From NCBI RefSeq assembly GCF_006345805.1, contig NC_043002.1, positions 54,622,001-54,686,000 of the forward strand: a DNA stretch of 64,000 nucleotides, in the 5' to 3' direction. The translations under genes and the position numbers were made by a program. This document shows, in pieces, positions 1 to 13,890 of this stretch. The notes beneath the pieces were generated by a model. It worked only from the letters and a program-made list of their open reading frames with translations, had not been told where the DNA came from and ran no database searches. This DNA comes from Octopus sinensis (lineage: Eukaryota). Positions within the stretch are counted from its first letter, which is position 1; every line of letters begins with the position of its first letter.

Positions 1-220
1 CGTGTGTGTTTGTGTGTCTGTGTTTGTCCCCCTAGCATTGCTTGACAACCGATGCTGGTGTGTTTACGTCCCCGTTACTTAGCGGTTCGGCAAAAAAGAC
101 CGATGGAATAAGTACTGGGCTTACAAAAAGAATAAGTCTCGGGGTCGAGTTGCTCGATTAAAGGCGGTGCTCCAGCATGGCCGCAGTCAAATGACTGAAA
201 CAAGTAAAAGAGTAAAAGAG
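1..220 (+). mobile_element. 3' half of tRNA-derived SINE family 1 (runs off window start)
   Basis: Near-identical to 18355-18585, ending in the gtaaaagagtaaaagag tail. Confidence 0.85.
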
Positions 221-1693
221 AGATATATAATCAATTCCACCCTGTTTGACCCTTTTCCTATCTTTTGTATTACATTTGATACACAAGACATATTTCCCTG
301 GCGTCCATGCATCATATATGATAGGCATTGCCATGTCTATCATATATGATAGACAAACTTAGGACAAACTTATTAAAATGCTTTGGCCAAGTTAAAGGTT
401 AAAAACGGTGGTGTATAATTTGAACGAATTTAGCAGCTATTTTCTACAGATCGAGTGACTACGTGGAGGTCCAGTCCCACGATGGTTCGTTAGATTTTGA
501 TTCTAATTCATGTAAAACTACTGAAGAAACCTTCACTAAATTGGAAGTAATTGTTTTAACAGCAATAATGAAATTGGACATAACTGGCATCGACTATTGC
601 CTGCTGAGATCGAAATCTAAACCTACTATAAGCTGTGCAGTCGTTCTAACCACTAAACCAGGTTGCTATAATGTATATATATAATCAGTATATAATTATA
701 AAGTTTTTAGTTTATCAGTTCAAAAGTGCGGTTCTTCGGAATCATTACTAGATTTTAATTATGTTTTTGTGGTTTGTTATCATTTCATTCTTGGAAACAT
801 ATCTATATCATATCTGTATCATCATTGACCCATATATCTCGTGTTTATCAATGTAAGATTTTACATTCTCCATATTTATGATAACTGAACATATTCAGTT
901 TCTTCATTTGTTTTAATTTGATATCAATGAAAAACCAATCTATGGATGTAGTAAAATAAAATTTGTTTTCTGCGCATCGAGTCCATGAAATGGTTTCAAT
1001 TTTTGGTTGAAACTAGTTCACTTCCCTTATACTATTAACAACCTTGAGGGGAAATAAGACAAAAGAAACTGCTAATATCAGCCTAATTAAAACGTAACCT
1101 CAAGAAATAAGTTAACCCGTCATCAGAAGCGCCAAGAGGTGGAAGACCACATCAGGTTGGCTGTGGAGACGGGGGATTACCTCAAAGTGGCTGCAGATCA
1201 GGAGGATCGAACTCTGGAAAGGGCAGTACTAATTAGAAACAAACTGGGGCTTGATGGATTCCAGCAGAGTCGCTTGAGTGAGGATGTCTGATGCTGAAAG
1301 ACCCAAAACACCTAGTAGCCTCAGGGTATATCACTGACGATGTGTCTCGGAGAATCACAGGATGGTGGATGGAACAGAATTCAGAGAACTATACGATGGC
1401 CTGTACAACTCTTGGAATGAAGGGACAAACTGGATAATGTCAAGTATAAATAATTCCAGAGAGAAAGGTTACGCCTGGAGCACCTTTGTTCTAGGTCGGT
1501 TGATGTTAACTTGGGGCTAAACAACAAGAAGAACAAAACTAACCCAAGAAAAAAAGAAAACAAGTCAGAAAGAAGGAAAATAATGAAAGAATGAAATTTA
1601 TTTCCAAGTTGCCATAAAACCATACATTTCGGGGCGAAAACCCTTCATTGAAGGTTATTTGGTTATTTAACTCAACGACAGTCGACTTTTTTT

Positions 1694-1930
1694 CTTTTAT
1701 CTTTTACTTATTTCCGTCATTTGACTGCGGCCATGATGGAGCTCCGCCCTGAAGGGTTTTAGTCGAAGAAATAGACCCCGGGACTTATTTATTTAAAGTC
1801 TAGTACTTATGCTATCGGCTCTTTTGCCTAACCGCTAAGTTATGGGGATGTAAACACACCAACACCGGTTTTCAAGCGGTGGTGAGAGACAAACAGACCC
1901 AAAGACACATAAACATAGATATACACACTC

Positions 1931-1969
<39 letters not shown>

Positions 1970-2138
1970 CATTTATATATATGCAACGGGCTTCTTTCAG
2001 TTTCCGTCTACCAAATCCACTCAAAAGGCTTTGAGTTGGTCTGAGACTATAGTAGAAGACACTTGGCTAAGGTTCCGCACATTGCGACTGAAGCCATAAC
2101 CATGTGGTTGGGAAGCAAACTTCCTACCATACTGCCAC
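1694..2138 (-). mobile_element. SINE family 1, diverged full-length copy
   Basis: Reverse complement of the 18158-18585 copy, with central (CA)n/(TA)n spacer. Confidence 0.8.
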
Positions 2139-2700
2139 TGTTACTTCCTTTTTTTATAGACCCTGGGAAAATGAAAATCAAAGTCAGTCCTGGTCAGATT
2201 TGAACTTAAAAAGTAATGAACAATAGGTAAATACTGACAATCATTTAGTCCGTCAGCTACTTCACTATCCACAAAGCTACATGAGTGACACTACATTTTA
2301 TTGATGCCGGAAATATGAATGATTAAGTTATTCATATAAGTATGTATATATGTGGAAAAACAACAGCAAAAAGAAGAAAATAGGTTAATCTTTTGTACTT
2401 TGCAATTAATTAATTCCAAAGTATATTACAATCCATTTCAAAATATCTGTTGAAAGAAGCAAGTTATTACAGTCAAATTCTGACATATTTCAAAATATCA
2501 TACCGTAGCCAAAATACATTACTGCAATAAAATCGTTTCAAGATTACGTATTCCAAAGAACATTTTTACATTAAAATAATTCCAAAATACATTATTAAGC
2601 ACTTTCTCCCATTCTCTTTCTTTCATATGAGTGTGTGTGCGCGCACGTGTATGGAGTGTGTACATGCACACAAATAAACATCGAGGCGTTGAGTAAATGA

Positions 2701-2999
2701 CACATTCAGAAATTAAGAAACTTTCGAACGTAGGAAAGCAGTTGTGAAAACAGCTTTAGACAGTCGGGTAAAAATTCGCCTATAGATGGAAAAAAGTGTC
2801 CAATAGCCGCTACAGAAAATCGAACTCTGTATGTCTCAAGAGGGAGAAATTTCAATTGGGAGGTACAGCGTTCGATTCTCTGTGGCGACTGCTGGCTACT
2901 TTTTTTCCCGTCTATAGAGGTATTTTTACCCGATTTTCTAGAAGCTATTCACAGCTATTCTCCTATGTTCGAGATTTTTCTAACTTCTAAATCTGTGTG
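2701..2999. mobile_element. Fold-back / MITE-like inverted repeat
   Basis: 2701-2830 is a diverged reverse complement of 2865-2999 (e.g. tcgggtaaaaat / atttttacccga; acagaaaatcgaac / gttcgattctctgt), 34-bp spacer. Confidence 0.7.
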
Positions 3000-3224
3000 T
3001 GAATGCGTGTGCGTTACGTTTCAGAAATTTAGAATGTTATGCAAAAATTCATTATTTGCTGTCTGTACAGAGCGTCAAATTTATATTGCGTAAGGCTCAC
3101 TAAAGTTAAACTGAATCATTGCCCAATATTTCATAGATATAAGCATATAAGTTTATAGTTATCATTAAAAATTCAATATCTCAAAAATGAAACATGTTTT
3201 GCTAGACAGTACACATTCTTTATT

Positions 3225-3371
3225 TTCTCTCTTTGTTTCTTTCTGTGTTCTTTTCTGTGGAAGAGCGTAGGCTCGAAACGTTAAAGACTTTTCACTTACC
3301 GAGCGTTATACTAATATATCTGTTTGTTGTCTACACCACCTGTCTTCGTCTTTTTTTTTGTGAATTCTCCC

Positions 3372-3372
<1 letters not shown>
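3225..3372 (+). mobile_element. Solo 3' terminus (pLTR fragment) of the Penelope-like family at 25-28 kb
   Basis: Homologous to 28050-28212, includes gaagagcgtaggctcgaaacgttaaagac, ends in (TA)n. Confidence 0.75.
3249..3288 (+). ncRNA. Minimal type I hammerhead-like motif, variant core CUGUGGA
   Basis: ctgtgga-a-gagc gtag gctc-gaa-acgt-t: 4-bp stem II, palindromic ACGU stem III, stem I tttt/aaag. Confidence 0.5.
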
Positions 3373-3406
<34 letters not shown>

Positions 3407-3578
3407 ATATATATATATATATATTATATATATATATATATATATAATATATATATATATATAAAAGTCAAATAGAACAGTTTGGTTAAAAATTGAACGG
3501 TGATAAAAAAATCTTAATTAGAAGTTAATTGCAGCTGTTTTGGCCTCAGTCTCTGCCTGAATACGTCATGGTATAGAT

Positions 3579-3780
3579 CAAGGATCGGGTAACTTTTTAA
3601 CCAATTACATCAAAATATAGTTATTTACGCCAACGTTACCACCTTGATTCGAATGGAAGGAAATTATAACAGGGACACGTTTTTTATACAATTTTACTTA
3701 TGCTTAATGAACCCTCATTACCTCCAAGAATTTCCTTTTTACCCCACTTGGGGTAATTTACCCCGGTTCACCGACCCCTG
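3579..3780. mobile_element. hAT (Charlie-like) MITE
   Basis: Ends caaggatcgggtaac / gttcaccgacccctg resemble CAGGGGTCGG-type TIRs; flanked by degenerate 8-bp TSD gtatagat (3571-3578) / gtgtagac (3781-3788). Confidence 0.55.
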
Positions 3781-5811
3781 GTGTAGACGAAACCAGCCTG
3801 TGACCCGGCTCTGATTTGATAGAAATGCAAGTGCTCTCAATAGTAGCCCATATAGCAGTCCTGCAATGTTGCCATCGTCGTTATTCAGCCAAAGTCAACA
3901 ATAACTAAAGAGAACTATGGTCAAAAAGCATTCTTTGCTTAAGGACATCTTGAACAACACAATCTGAAGTGTTTTTTTCTTAATATAGAGGAGGTCGACG
4001 AACTGCCAGAGTTGTTTGAACATTGGCTAAAATACCTCAGGCATTTGCTCCAATTCTTTGTGCTCTGAGTTCAAATCTCAATGAAACCAACTTTGTCTTT
4101 GAGTCTTTCAGAATCGATACAATCCAAGGTGATAGACTGGCGGAAAATTGAGCAAGATATTTCGAGGTATCTAATCCGGCTAACGGAAACCTCTACAACA
4201 ATCCTGATGCCAAGTTGTAACGACCAAAGTTGGCGACCTTTCCCTTGGATAAACATCGGTGGTTTCGAGAGGCAGCAGCTTAGCTAGAGGTAGGAAGCGA
4301 GGCGGTGTCCGCCCCGGCGACTCTTTTATGGAGCGGCACTTTTGGGTCTGTTGTATAAGCCTGTATATTCCTGGGAGCCAGGAGTGGTGGGAGGGGCGTT
4401 CTTAAGGGCTGCCTAGGGCAACACACTCACTGTCGAGAGGGGCAACTAACAGGGCAACTACTAGTCTTCCTTTAAAAAAATCTTCCCTGGTAACTGCAGA
4501 TACAAGTGCAGAAGCAAGATCGAACTTGAGTGATGGATATCTTTATTGTTAAGATGATAGGTTGTGATTTGAGGGAGATTTGGCTGCTATTTCTGACAGA
4601 TTATGCGACGATTTAGATGTTCCTTCGTTGGTTAGATATCGCAATGTACTTTTGTCCAGCACTCCACTAATCCTACCAGACACACACATACGCGCGCGCA
4701 CACACACACACAGAGCTTTATGTTGAAAGAAATGAGATAATATTAAGAAGAAATAATGAGACTTATTGAAGTATGAAGAAAATAATTTGATTGCAAAGAA
4801 AATCAGAAAGAAAAGGTAAAAACTGGAGGAGATTGAAAAATCAGAACATTAAAAAAATATGGATGAGTGAGAGAGACAGAGACAGAGACAGAGAGAGAAA
4901 GACAGAAAGAGAGAGAGAAGGTGGGGTGAGATAAACAGACAGACAGATAGTGGTAGGGCGAGAGGGGTGTAGACTAGCAATAGAGTGAGGGGGAAGACAG
5001 ACAGAAACAAAGAAAGAAAGAACGATGGAAAAAGAGAGGGGGTGGATATTGTTGCAGTTTGGTTTCTTGGACCAAAAGCACGTGCAACCATAATCATGTT
5101 TTCTCGTTAGAAGCCATGTGTGTGTGTGTGTGTGTAATACAATTAGCATAGTCAAAATAAAATCTAAAGAATAACAACAGTCAAAAAAGATGTCTTCTTA
5201 TCTGAGTATGTCAGATGTTGACATATGACATCGACACGATATCTGAATTACATGCACCCGAGTTTTTGTTGCTTGGTACAAAATACGCTGCTACTACTTT
5301 TGTCTTTCAACATAATATAAATATAATGAACGAAAAAGAAAAATATATATATATATAGGCTCGTATGTTCTTCCATACATTTTATTTAGAGTGTTCAAGG
5401 TTACGTAAGAATCAGTTTAGTTAGCGGTGAATAAATTGTCTCAAGAGATACGGATGATGCGTGTGCGGATTGCATTGTGTATGAATACATATATATATAT
5501 ACGTCGTCGTTGTTACTGTGACTGTCAGTTTGGTCATCAAGGAGACCGAAGATCAAAAATGTTCCAAATATGACTATCCCTTCTTTTTTTTTTCATTTAT
5601 TATATCTAGGATTACGTTATTCAACGCACACTTCCATTTTTTTCTTTTTCTCCTTATATGTCATTTGGAAGAAATTTGAGCGTTATTTCTAGCAGATCGA
5701 GCGAATATATTCTAAATATTCGCTTCTTTGTTGGCGCATGTGGAAATTAGTTTAATAGGCGGTCGTTTAAGAGAACCAGAGACGATGTGAATACATGGTG
5801 AGTGAACATAC

Positions 5812-6585
<774 letters not shown>

Positions 6586-7678
6586 TGACATCGTCGTCGT
6601 CATTGTTTAGCCCCCAGGTCAGTTTATGAATAAAGGCATTCCAGACATTTTGTCTTTGATCTATGACTCCATAATCCGATATCTCGTCTCTTTTTACAGG
6701 ACAATAGTTCTTACAGTCTCCTACAAACGTAAAGAAGCTTTTCATTTCTCGGGGCCAATTGCAAGAGCATAAGAACTTGTCGGAAGCGCATCTATGCTGA
6801 GAAATTTAATGAATCTCTAATTTTCCAAATTTATAGGTATGTAACTTATATTGAAGTAATGTTTTGGTTTTAAGGCTTGAAATGTTTGTGTGTGTATGTG
6901 TGTTTTCAGAAATTTGGACAGCATATTTCAGATTTGAATGCAGACGAAATTTCACCCAGAAGCGAAGAAACTCTCCATGCATGTGTCGTATGACTTCATT
7001 ACTTCAATGTTGTTATTACTGCTATTATTGCTTAGCTCCAAAATCAGTCTCCATCAAGCAAACTTACGAGGCTCCCTTATTGGCTCGGTATGGTCGATAT
7101 AGATTTATAAGGTACACTGTCTCTAGATGTACGTGAATATTTTCACTATAGTGTGTTTGGTATGTTCTCAGCGAGTCAAGTATGTGATCCAGGTTCGGTT
7201 ATACTTCTGCCAAAACTCTGAAATACCTATTTATGGGTTAATCTGAGGAAGGATAGCGGCTATAACCTCTTTGTAGGACGTCAAGATTGCTGTATGAAAA
7301 GGACAAGGACACCAGAAGCATGATTCCAATATCTGCAACAGAATGGACTCTACCAAAAGCATTCATGGACTAAGAGGTGGTGAGGTTAAATCAAGCAACT
7401 GATTAAGTCTAGCACTCGAATAGATACGCTCTTCTCTTTCTTCCTCTTGTGAGAGGGCTTCTTCATAATTTCTGTCCGAAATACCTTTTCTTGGGTTAAT
7501 CTCTATTCGAGCGCCCGTATGTAAAGAAACCTATGTTTTAACACGAACATACGAGCTCACACGTTGATAGCGGGAAAGAAAGGGTAAAAAGTGGGTAGGG
7601 GGGAGCGAAAAGGAAATCGAGAAAGTGAGTCAAGAAGAACAGAGAGTCTTCTTAATCAGTCAGTGAGAATGAAATTTG

Positions 7679-7740
7679 ATAGACAGACAGACAGACAGAC
7701 AGACAGGCAGGCAGGCAGGCAGACAGACAGACAGACAGAC

Positions 7741-7821
<81 letters not shown>
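7679..7821. repeat. (GACA)n-(GGCA)n-(GACA)n-(GATA)n tetranucleotide array
   Basis: Directly visible. Confidence 0.95.
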
Positions 7822-7822
<1 letters not shown>

Positions 7823-8025
7823 GCTGAAACAGTTTAACTTATTTTCAAAGTACACTGTGGAAGATAGGTGGGTGTGCTATTACATAAAACCTAATTAGAC
7901 TTTCAGTTTGAAGTCAACGACAAACTGATATTAAAATAGTATGTGTTTCTTTAGTCACACATTCTTAATATATAAATACATGCACACATATATTGTGTGT
8001 AGTATATACTTTCATACATGCATCC

Positions 8026-8104
<79 letters not shown>

Positions 8105-8112
<8 letters not shown>

Positions 8113-8933
8113 GCGCAAGGGTTGGACAAAATAATGGAAATACCTAGCATCATAGAATCATAAGTTTGAAATATCTATAAAACCGCCAAAAGCTTGTTTA
8201 TTTTTATGTTTTTTTATTCATTATTAGTGTTGCTTAATATGTTTTGCTAAAATTGCTGTTTATTTTCAGATATCAACAGAGAAAGGTAATTAAAATTCAT
8301 TGAAATGACAGATCTATCGGACTTTCAAAGAGATTAAATTGTTGGTGCTCGTATGGCAGGTGGTAGCGTAACGAAAACAGCTGAAATGTTTGGTGTATCA
8401 AGAAGTACTGTCTCGAAAGTAATGACAGCTTTTGAGAAAGAGGGAAAAATCTTCTCGTCGAAATAAAACTCCGGAAGAAAACCAAAACTTTCAGATATGG
8501 ACCGCCGCACTCTTACGCGAATTGTTAGAAAGGATCACAAAAGTACAGCTCCCAAAATTACTGCAGAGCTTAATGACCGGGAGCTGCACAAAGCCGGATT
8601 TCATGGAGGGCTGCAACCAGAAAACCACTTCTTCCGAAAACAAACGTTGCAAAGCGTTTAGAGTGGAGTAAAAAACCTACAGAATTGGTCCCTAGTGCAG
8701 TGGAAGAATGTTATTTTCTCAGACGAGTCATCTTTTATCTTATTTCCGACCACCGACCGAGTATAAGTGTGGAGACAACCAAAAGAAGCATTTGACCCAG
8801 ACTGCCTTCTTTCAATTGTTAAACATGGAGAAGGATCTGTGATGACCTGTTGATGGGGCTATATCTTTGAAATCCGCTGGCCCAGTGGTTTCCCTTCATG
8901 GCAGAATTAATAGCCAAGACTATTTAAGATATT
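8105..8933 (+). pseudogene. Tc1-family transposon, 5' TIR plus 3'-truncated transposase pseudogene
   Basis: From 8305: MTDLSDFQRD*IVGARMAGGSVTKTAEMFGVSRSTVSKV (HTH)...RKPLLPKTNVAKRLEWS...VIFSDESSF...VKHGEGSVM; upstream gggttggacaaaataatggaaa resembles a Tc1 TIR; stops and frameshifts present. Confidence 0.9.
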
Positions 8934-9030
8934 GACTACTATGTGAGGGATGATGATATGGAATGAGCTATTGGGAGGATGAGGGACACTATATTCTATC
9001 TTATAGTTCATCAATATCTGCTTGAGGAGT

Positions 9031-10250
9031 GAAGAACTTATACAATGTTGTATGTTGTTTATGGCGCATCATCTCTTCGTACAGCTATGTCTAGAAACTA
9101 GGCTCATTGTAAACTCTTTATATTACATTCGCGATCAGGGTCGTTAGCAAACATTTTCAGTCCTTTCTCTAAAAGTGCCGATGCTTTAGCAATATTTTTG
9201 TCTCTTAGTTAAAGAGGAGATGGGGAAATTTCCCTATTTTCATTTATATTCTCAATTTACTTTTGTTCTAACAGCATCAACTCTTTGTTTGATAAACTTT
9301 CTCTGAGGAACCCTAGCAGCTCATACATATCATCTTCTATGACTTCCTCAAACGCTACCTCATTAACAATGTGACAGAAAATTTCTGCTTGTGGAAAACT
9401 TTTAAAGTCGCGGATATAGTTTGGTCACATATTTTTCCAATCACCATTCAAATCTGAGACTTTCATTTCATCCTATGATGCTGCTATGTTATCCACAACT
9501 TTCATTATGCTGAACTTCTTCCAGAAGTATCCAACTAAAGTTTTTTTCCTGTCAATTGCTTTCATAAGTTGTTTGAAAGTTCTGAAATAATATGCCTTGA
9601 AGTTATCTACCATATATTGATCCACTGGCTGGAGCAAAGATCTCTTGGAGATATATTCTACTATTCTACTCTCCCATCATCAGAAAGGCCATTTACGTTC
9701 ACTAGGTTACATAGTGCATTGGCTAAAAGGTGCAATGCTTTGCTGGCACTTATGTCTGGCACTGTCCTTTTCAACGACAGGATAAAAATTGCTTGTAAAC
9801 CGGTCTTCGAAAAGGTTCTTGGCCATCCATACCTTCTTATTTGAACGCCAAATCAGAGACAGATTCAACCTTGTGTGACTCTTGAAAGTCCTTGGATTTT
9901 CAGAGTGGTGCACGAGTAGGGGATTTAATTTTATATCATTAGTGGCATTTCCTCCCAGAGGAAGCGTCAGACAATTTTTGGAAACGTTAAATGATGCTGT
10001 TGATTTGTCTTCTCGAGTTCTCGAGAAATAAGTTCTAAGAATGAATGTCTAACAGGCAAGTGCCTCCATAAAAGTGCAAATCCATCAACATTGCATGCTT
10101 CCATTGGTGTGTAGCTACCTAAGCAAACATTTTTCACTGCTTAAGATAATTAGTTGCAGCCGCTCTATCAACACTGGCAGCTTCAACAGTCATTTTATGT
10201 TGTGCAAATTCAAGTTCTTAAACCTTTCAAATTAGCCTTTACTAACCAGA
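9031..10250 (-). pseudogene. Tigger/pogo-family transposase pseudogene
   Basis: Minus-strand fragments SKG*FERFK, EAASVD, LTLPLGGNATNDIKLNPLLVHHSENPR, LIWRSNKKVWM, LLQPVDQ, FKAYY, FEEVIEDDMYELL, TTLYKFF match the Tigger DDE_1 transposase layout; 5' end may extend to ~10520. Confidence 0.85.
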
Positions 10251-11133
10251 TATAAGGATTAGTAGGTTAGCAGCGGTGATCAGCAATTATCCTCAACAAA
10301 TATGTTATAAAAAATGTAGCACCTAGAATAAACTGTTTTGTGAGAGCAAAAACTTGTCTATTTTCTATAGGTGTAAAAATGGAAATAAGAAGATGAAAGA
10401 GTTAAAAAGTGTGGTGGAAAGGAGTACTGTATGATTACAATTAATGGATGGATTACAAGATTCATGGACATTTTGCCTCTTGCACCTCTAATTTGAACCA
10501 TAAAAATTCCATACCCTGCTCTCTCATAAACACACACACCAATCTGTTGACATACACATATGTAGCTACAAACACTGCTCATGCTAATACTATTATTGAT
10601 GTTGCCAGTTAGTTATTCAAAAGCTGGTGAGTTAGTGGTGAAGTGTTGGTTGTATTGGTTTTGGTATTGGGGATGGTGGTGATGATAACGGTGGGATGTA
10701 TATTTGTTGATGGTGGTGGCCATATTGTTCTTGTTAATTGTATTATAGTTGCTATAATTATTACCTAAGAAAATATTATTACCCAAGAAAATATTATTAC
10801 CCAAGAAAATATACACAAACACATACAATTGAATTCACAGTAAATAATTCCACTTAACTCTCCGTGTTTAAAGTGATACCTACACAAACACTTGTACACG
10901 CACGCACGCACGCACACACGCACTCACACATGCACACACATGAGTATATATTTCTATTGTTGGGTAACATTCCAAAGAAGGAGTACTGAAGATAAATATA
11001 AAGCTCAATAGTCTATTTAAAATGGTTCCAAACTATATACATATATATATATATATATATTCCAAGTTCACAGCTATGGCTGGATCCAGGGATCTGTGTT
11101 AGGTTTCCGTTATAGCGTGTATATATTATATTA

Positions 11134-11845
11134 GAGGGAAAAATCAGAACCAAGCAGAGCGAGTATCTCAAGTCATTTAGAATAATTTAATTAGGGTAAG
11201 GTGAATTTGAAGTCTTACAGCTGTTTCTGGGATAACCCAATTGGTTGGTTAGCAAATCGGTGCACTGGGTATTCTGTCATCAGAGACACGGTATGAGTAT
11301 TTTAGACGGGGAAAATTTACAGTTTACATTGAGTAAAATTCACAGTTTATAAGGAATAAAATAGAAGAATAAAGGAGTAAAATAGAAGAATAAAGAGTAA
11401 AGGTAGTTAGAAGAATATAGGCAGAAGAATAATGTTCACAACTGTTTTTTCCAGAGGATGTGGATGCTGGTCGGTATTTCCATGAAGCTACAGGTTTTTA
11501 GTTAAAATGGAAGTACCGACCAACATCAGTTAAAAATGGGAATACCGAACAACATCCATATCCTCTGGAAAAAGATGAGCTGTGAACATCATTCTCTTGC
11601 CTATATTCTTCTACTTTTACTCTTTATTCTTCTATTTTATTCCTTATGAAGTGAGAATTTTATTCCTTGTATACTGTAAATTTTCCCCAACTAAAATATT
11701 CACACCGTGTCTCTAATGACGGAGAACCCAGTGCACGGATTTGCTAACCAACCACTTGGGTTATCCCAGAAACAGCTGTAAGACTTTAAATTCACCTTAC
11801 CCTAATTAATTATTCTAAATGACTTGAGATACTTGATTTTTCCTC
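11134..11845. mobile_element. ~710-bp fold-back MITE flanked by TA
   Basis: Arms of ~350 bp are reverse complements almost end to end (gagggaaaaatc ... gatttttcctc); TA at 11132-11133 and 11846-11847. Confidence 0.85.
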
Positions 11846-11901
11846 TAATATAATATATAATATAATATATAATATAATATAATATAATATAATATAATAT
11901 A

Positions 11902-11946
<45 letters not shown>

Positions 11947-11947
11947 T

Positions 11948-11997
<50 letters not shown>

Positions 11998-12414
11998 TCT
12001 CTAGCTATCTTCAGCCCTCAGGCTATATCTATCGATTTTTCCCATGACTTATCCGTTCACCCTCACCCTCTCTCGCTTCACTCTCACTACTGCCAAAATT
12101 TCTCAATTCTCAGATAATTAGAAGAGAAATGAGAACAGGCGAGTATAAACATCAACAAGAGACACAATGTAGAATACAATCAATGTCCCTTATCAAATAT
12201 AAGATATATGAACTCGAAAAGCTTCTCGACAGATTTCATCTGTTAAATAGTTGATATTGCCTTGTAATTTGTAACGAAGATAAAACGACCAAAAACTACC
12301 ACGACGAAGTCAGCGCCATCTCCCATGGCGTCGCGTGATGCACCATATGATTACGGTGCATTCATATCAAAGCAAAAAATTAAACTATATTTGTGAAAAG
12401 TATCTATGATACTT

Positions 12415-12419
<5 letters not shown>

Positions 12420-12487
<68 letters not shown>

Positions 12488-12490
12488 GTA
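12420..12490. repeat. (TG)n microsatellite
   Basis: Directly visible. Confidence 0.95.
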
Positions 12491-12708
12491 AATATAAAGT
12501 ACCGTAGATATTTTTCACAAATATAACATGTGTGTGTGTGTGTGTTTGTGTGTAGGCATTCGTTTCTTTTTGCAACAAACTGAATATTGAAAACGGTAAA
12601 ATTACAATGTCTGAATTTGTGTAGAGGTCCATATTTTTCTTTAAATATGCTTGCATGTACACATAAATGTGTGTTTGTGTGCGCACGTGAGTGTGTGAAT
12701 GTGGGTGC

Positions 12709-12744
<36 letters not shown>

Positions 12745-13403
12745 GATAGTGTCTGTGTATAATGCAATACACAAAATAAAATTGGATAAAAAAAGATACG
12801 AGTTGGCAGCACTACAATTTTTATAGAATTCTATAAAAATTGAAATGAATAACTATAGAAGCTTTACTAACAGCATAATGCAAAAGTAAATTAAGCACAA
12901 GTACACGTAATAATATATAATAACATTATGAGAGCTATCAAGAATTACCGTTATATAATCTTAAATCCAGCGTTGATGATTTTATCAGTTATCAAATTAC
13001 TCCCAAGAGCTTTCACGGCTTAGAGCAGAACGCACGGACATTGCGCCTTAAACAATAGCTTTCTTTTTTCTTTTTAAATGGTTTCGTAAAACTTTCGAAA
13101 TATCAGACCAATGCATTTAAGAATGCTATAAAGGACAAATAAGACACTGGGGAAAATCCTCAATGAATATATCAAACTTGAATATAGTCGTGAATTTATT
13201 AAGAATGATTGAAAGAAAAGATGTTCCCTACGTACAGGAGTATATGTGAGTGTAGGTAAGTCATCAATGTATCGGATTACTTTGCAGTATGCGTTCCGGT
13301 TATCTGCGCTCTAATTTCAAATGCTTCCGAGGTCAACTTTGTCACTCATCCTTTTGAGGTAGATGAATAAAATTCCAGTTCTATCTATCTTTCTATCTCT
13401 CTA

Positions 13404-13890
13404 TCAGTTAAACATAAATTGCATAATTTTGAACAATTATAGTGTGATGTGACCCTGTTCAGATAGACCTTGTAATGCTGGAAGACTCACCTCTTGTCAA
13501 ATGTGCTTTGGTAGCAATTTAGTTTTATTTTTATTTTTTGTTATTATACCCGTTCACAAGCTGGTATAGTAGGTTCTTAAATGGGTATTAAGGCTATCTA
13601 CAACACAAAACTGCTGTTTTCAGTTGTAAACGGCGCGATTAGTTGTGTACCGGTCATTCAATGAACATAACTCAGTCTTACAACAATTACAGCTACCTTC
13701 TCTTTGGATTGTATTGTTTTGAAGAAACCGGTGCTAATGCAACAAAATAATTTTATCTTAAAGAATGTCTTGTGCAAACTTCCTTTTACATAATTATTCC
13801 TGTTGCATAATTCATGAAGTCTATAGTCTTTGAGAAAGTGTTTGTTGAGTAAGGAGAAGAATTTTTCCTGCATAGAAAGTCAACAGCATC
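13404..13890 (-). pseudogene. Fossil Penelope-like element C-terminus (GIY-YIG region), lineage distinct from the 25-kb element
   Basis: Minus-strand pieces KFFSLLNKHFLKDYRLHELCNRN, GSCNCCKTELCSLNDR, NKTKLLPKHI and KLCNLCLTD occur in the order of recalled PLE motifs KHFP..H.LHK.FN, CNC....CPL.G.C, ELSKHIW, RC.LCL.EK. Confidence 0.6.

Noticed and set aside
6700-6990. Possible two-exon unit (donor ag/gtatgt at 6837, acceptor at 6909; peptides ending FNESLIFQIY and KFGQHISDLNADEISP)
   Set aside because: The frames do not join without a stop and I recognise no homology; at most non-coding.
10766-10812. 18-bp direct repeats (aagaaaatattattaccc) as a CRISPR-like array
   Set aside because: About 2.5 head-to-tail copies without spacers; a simple tandem duplication.
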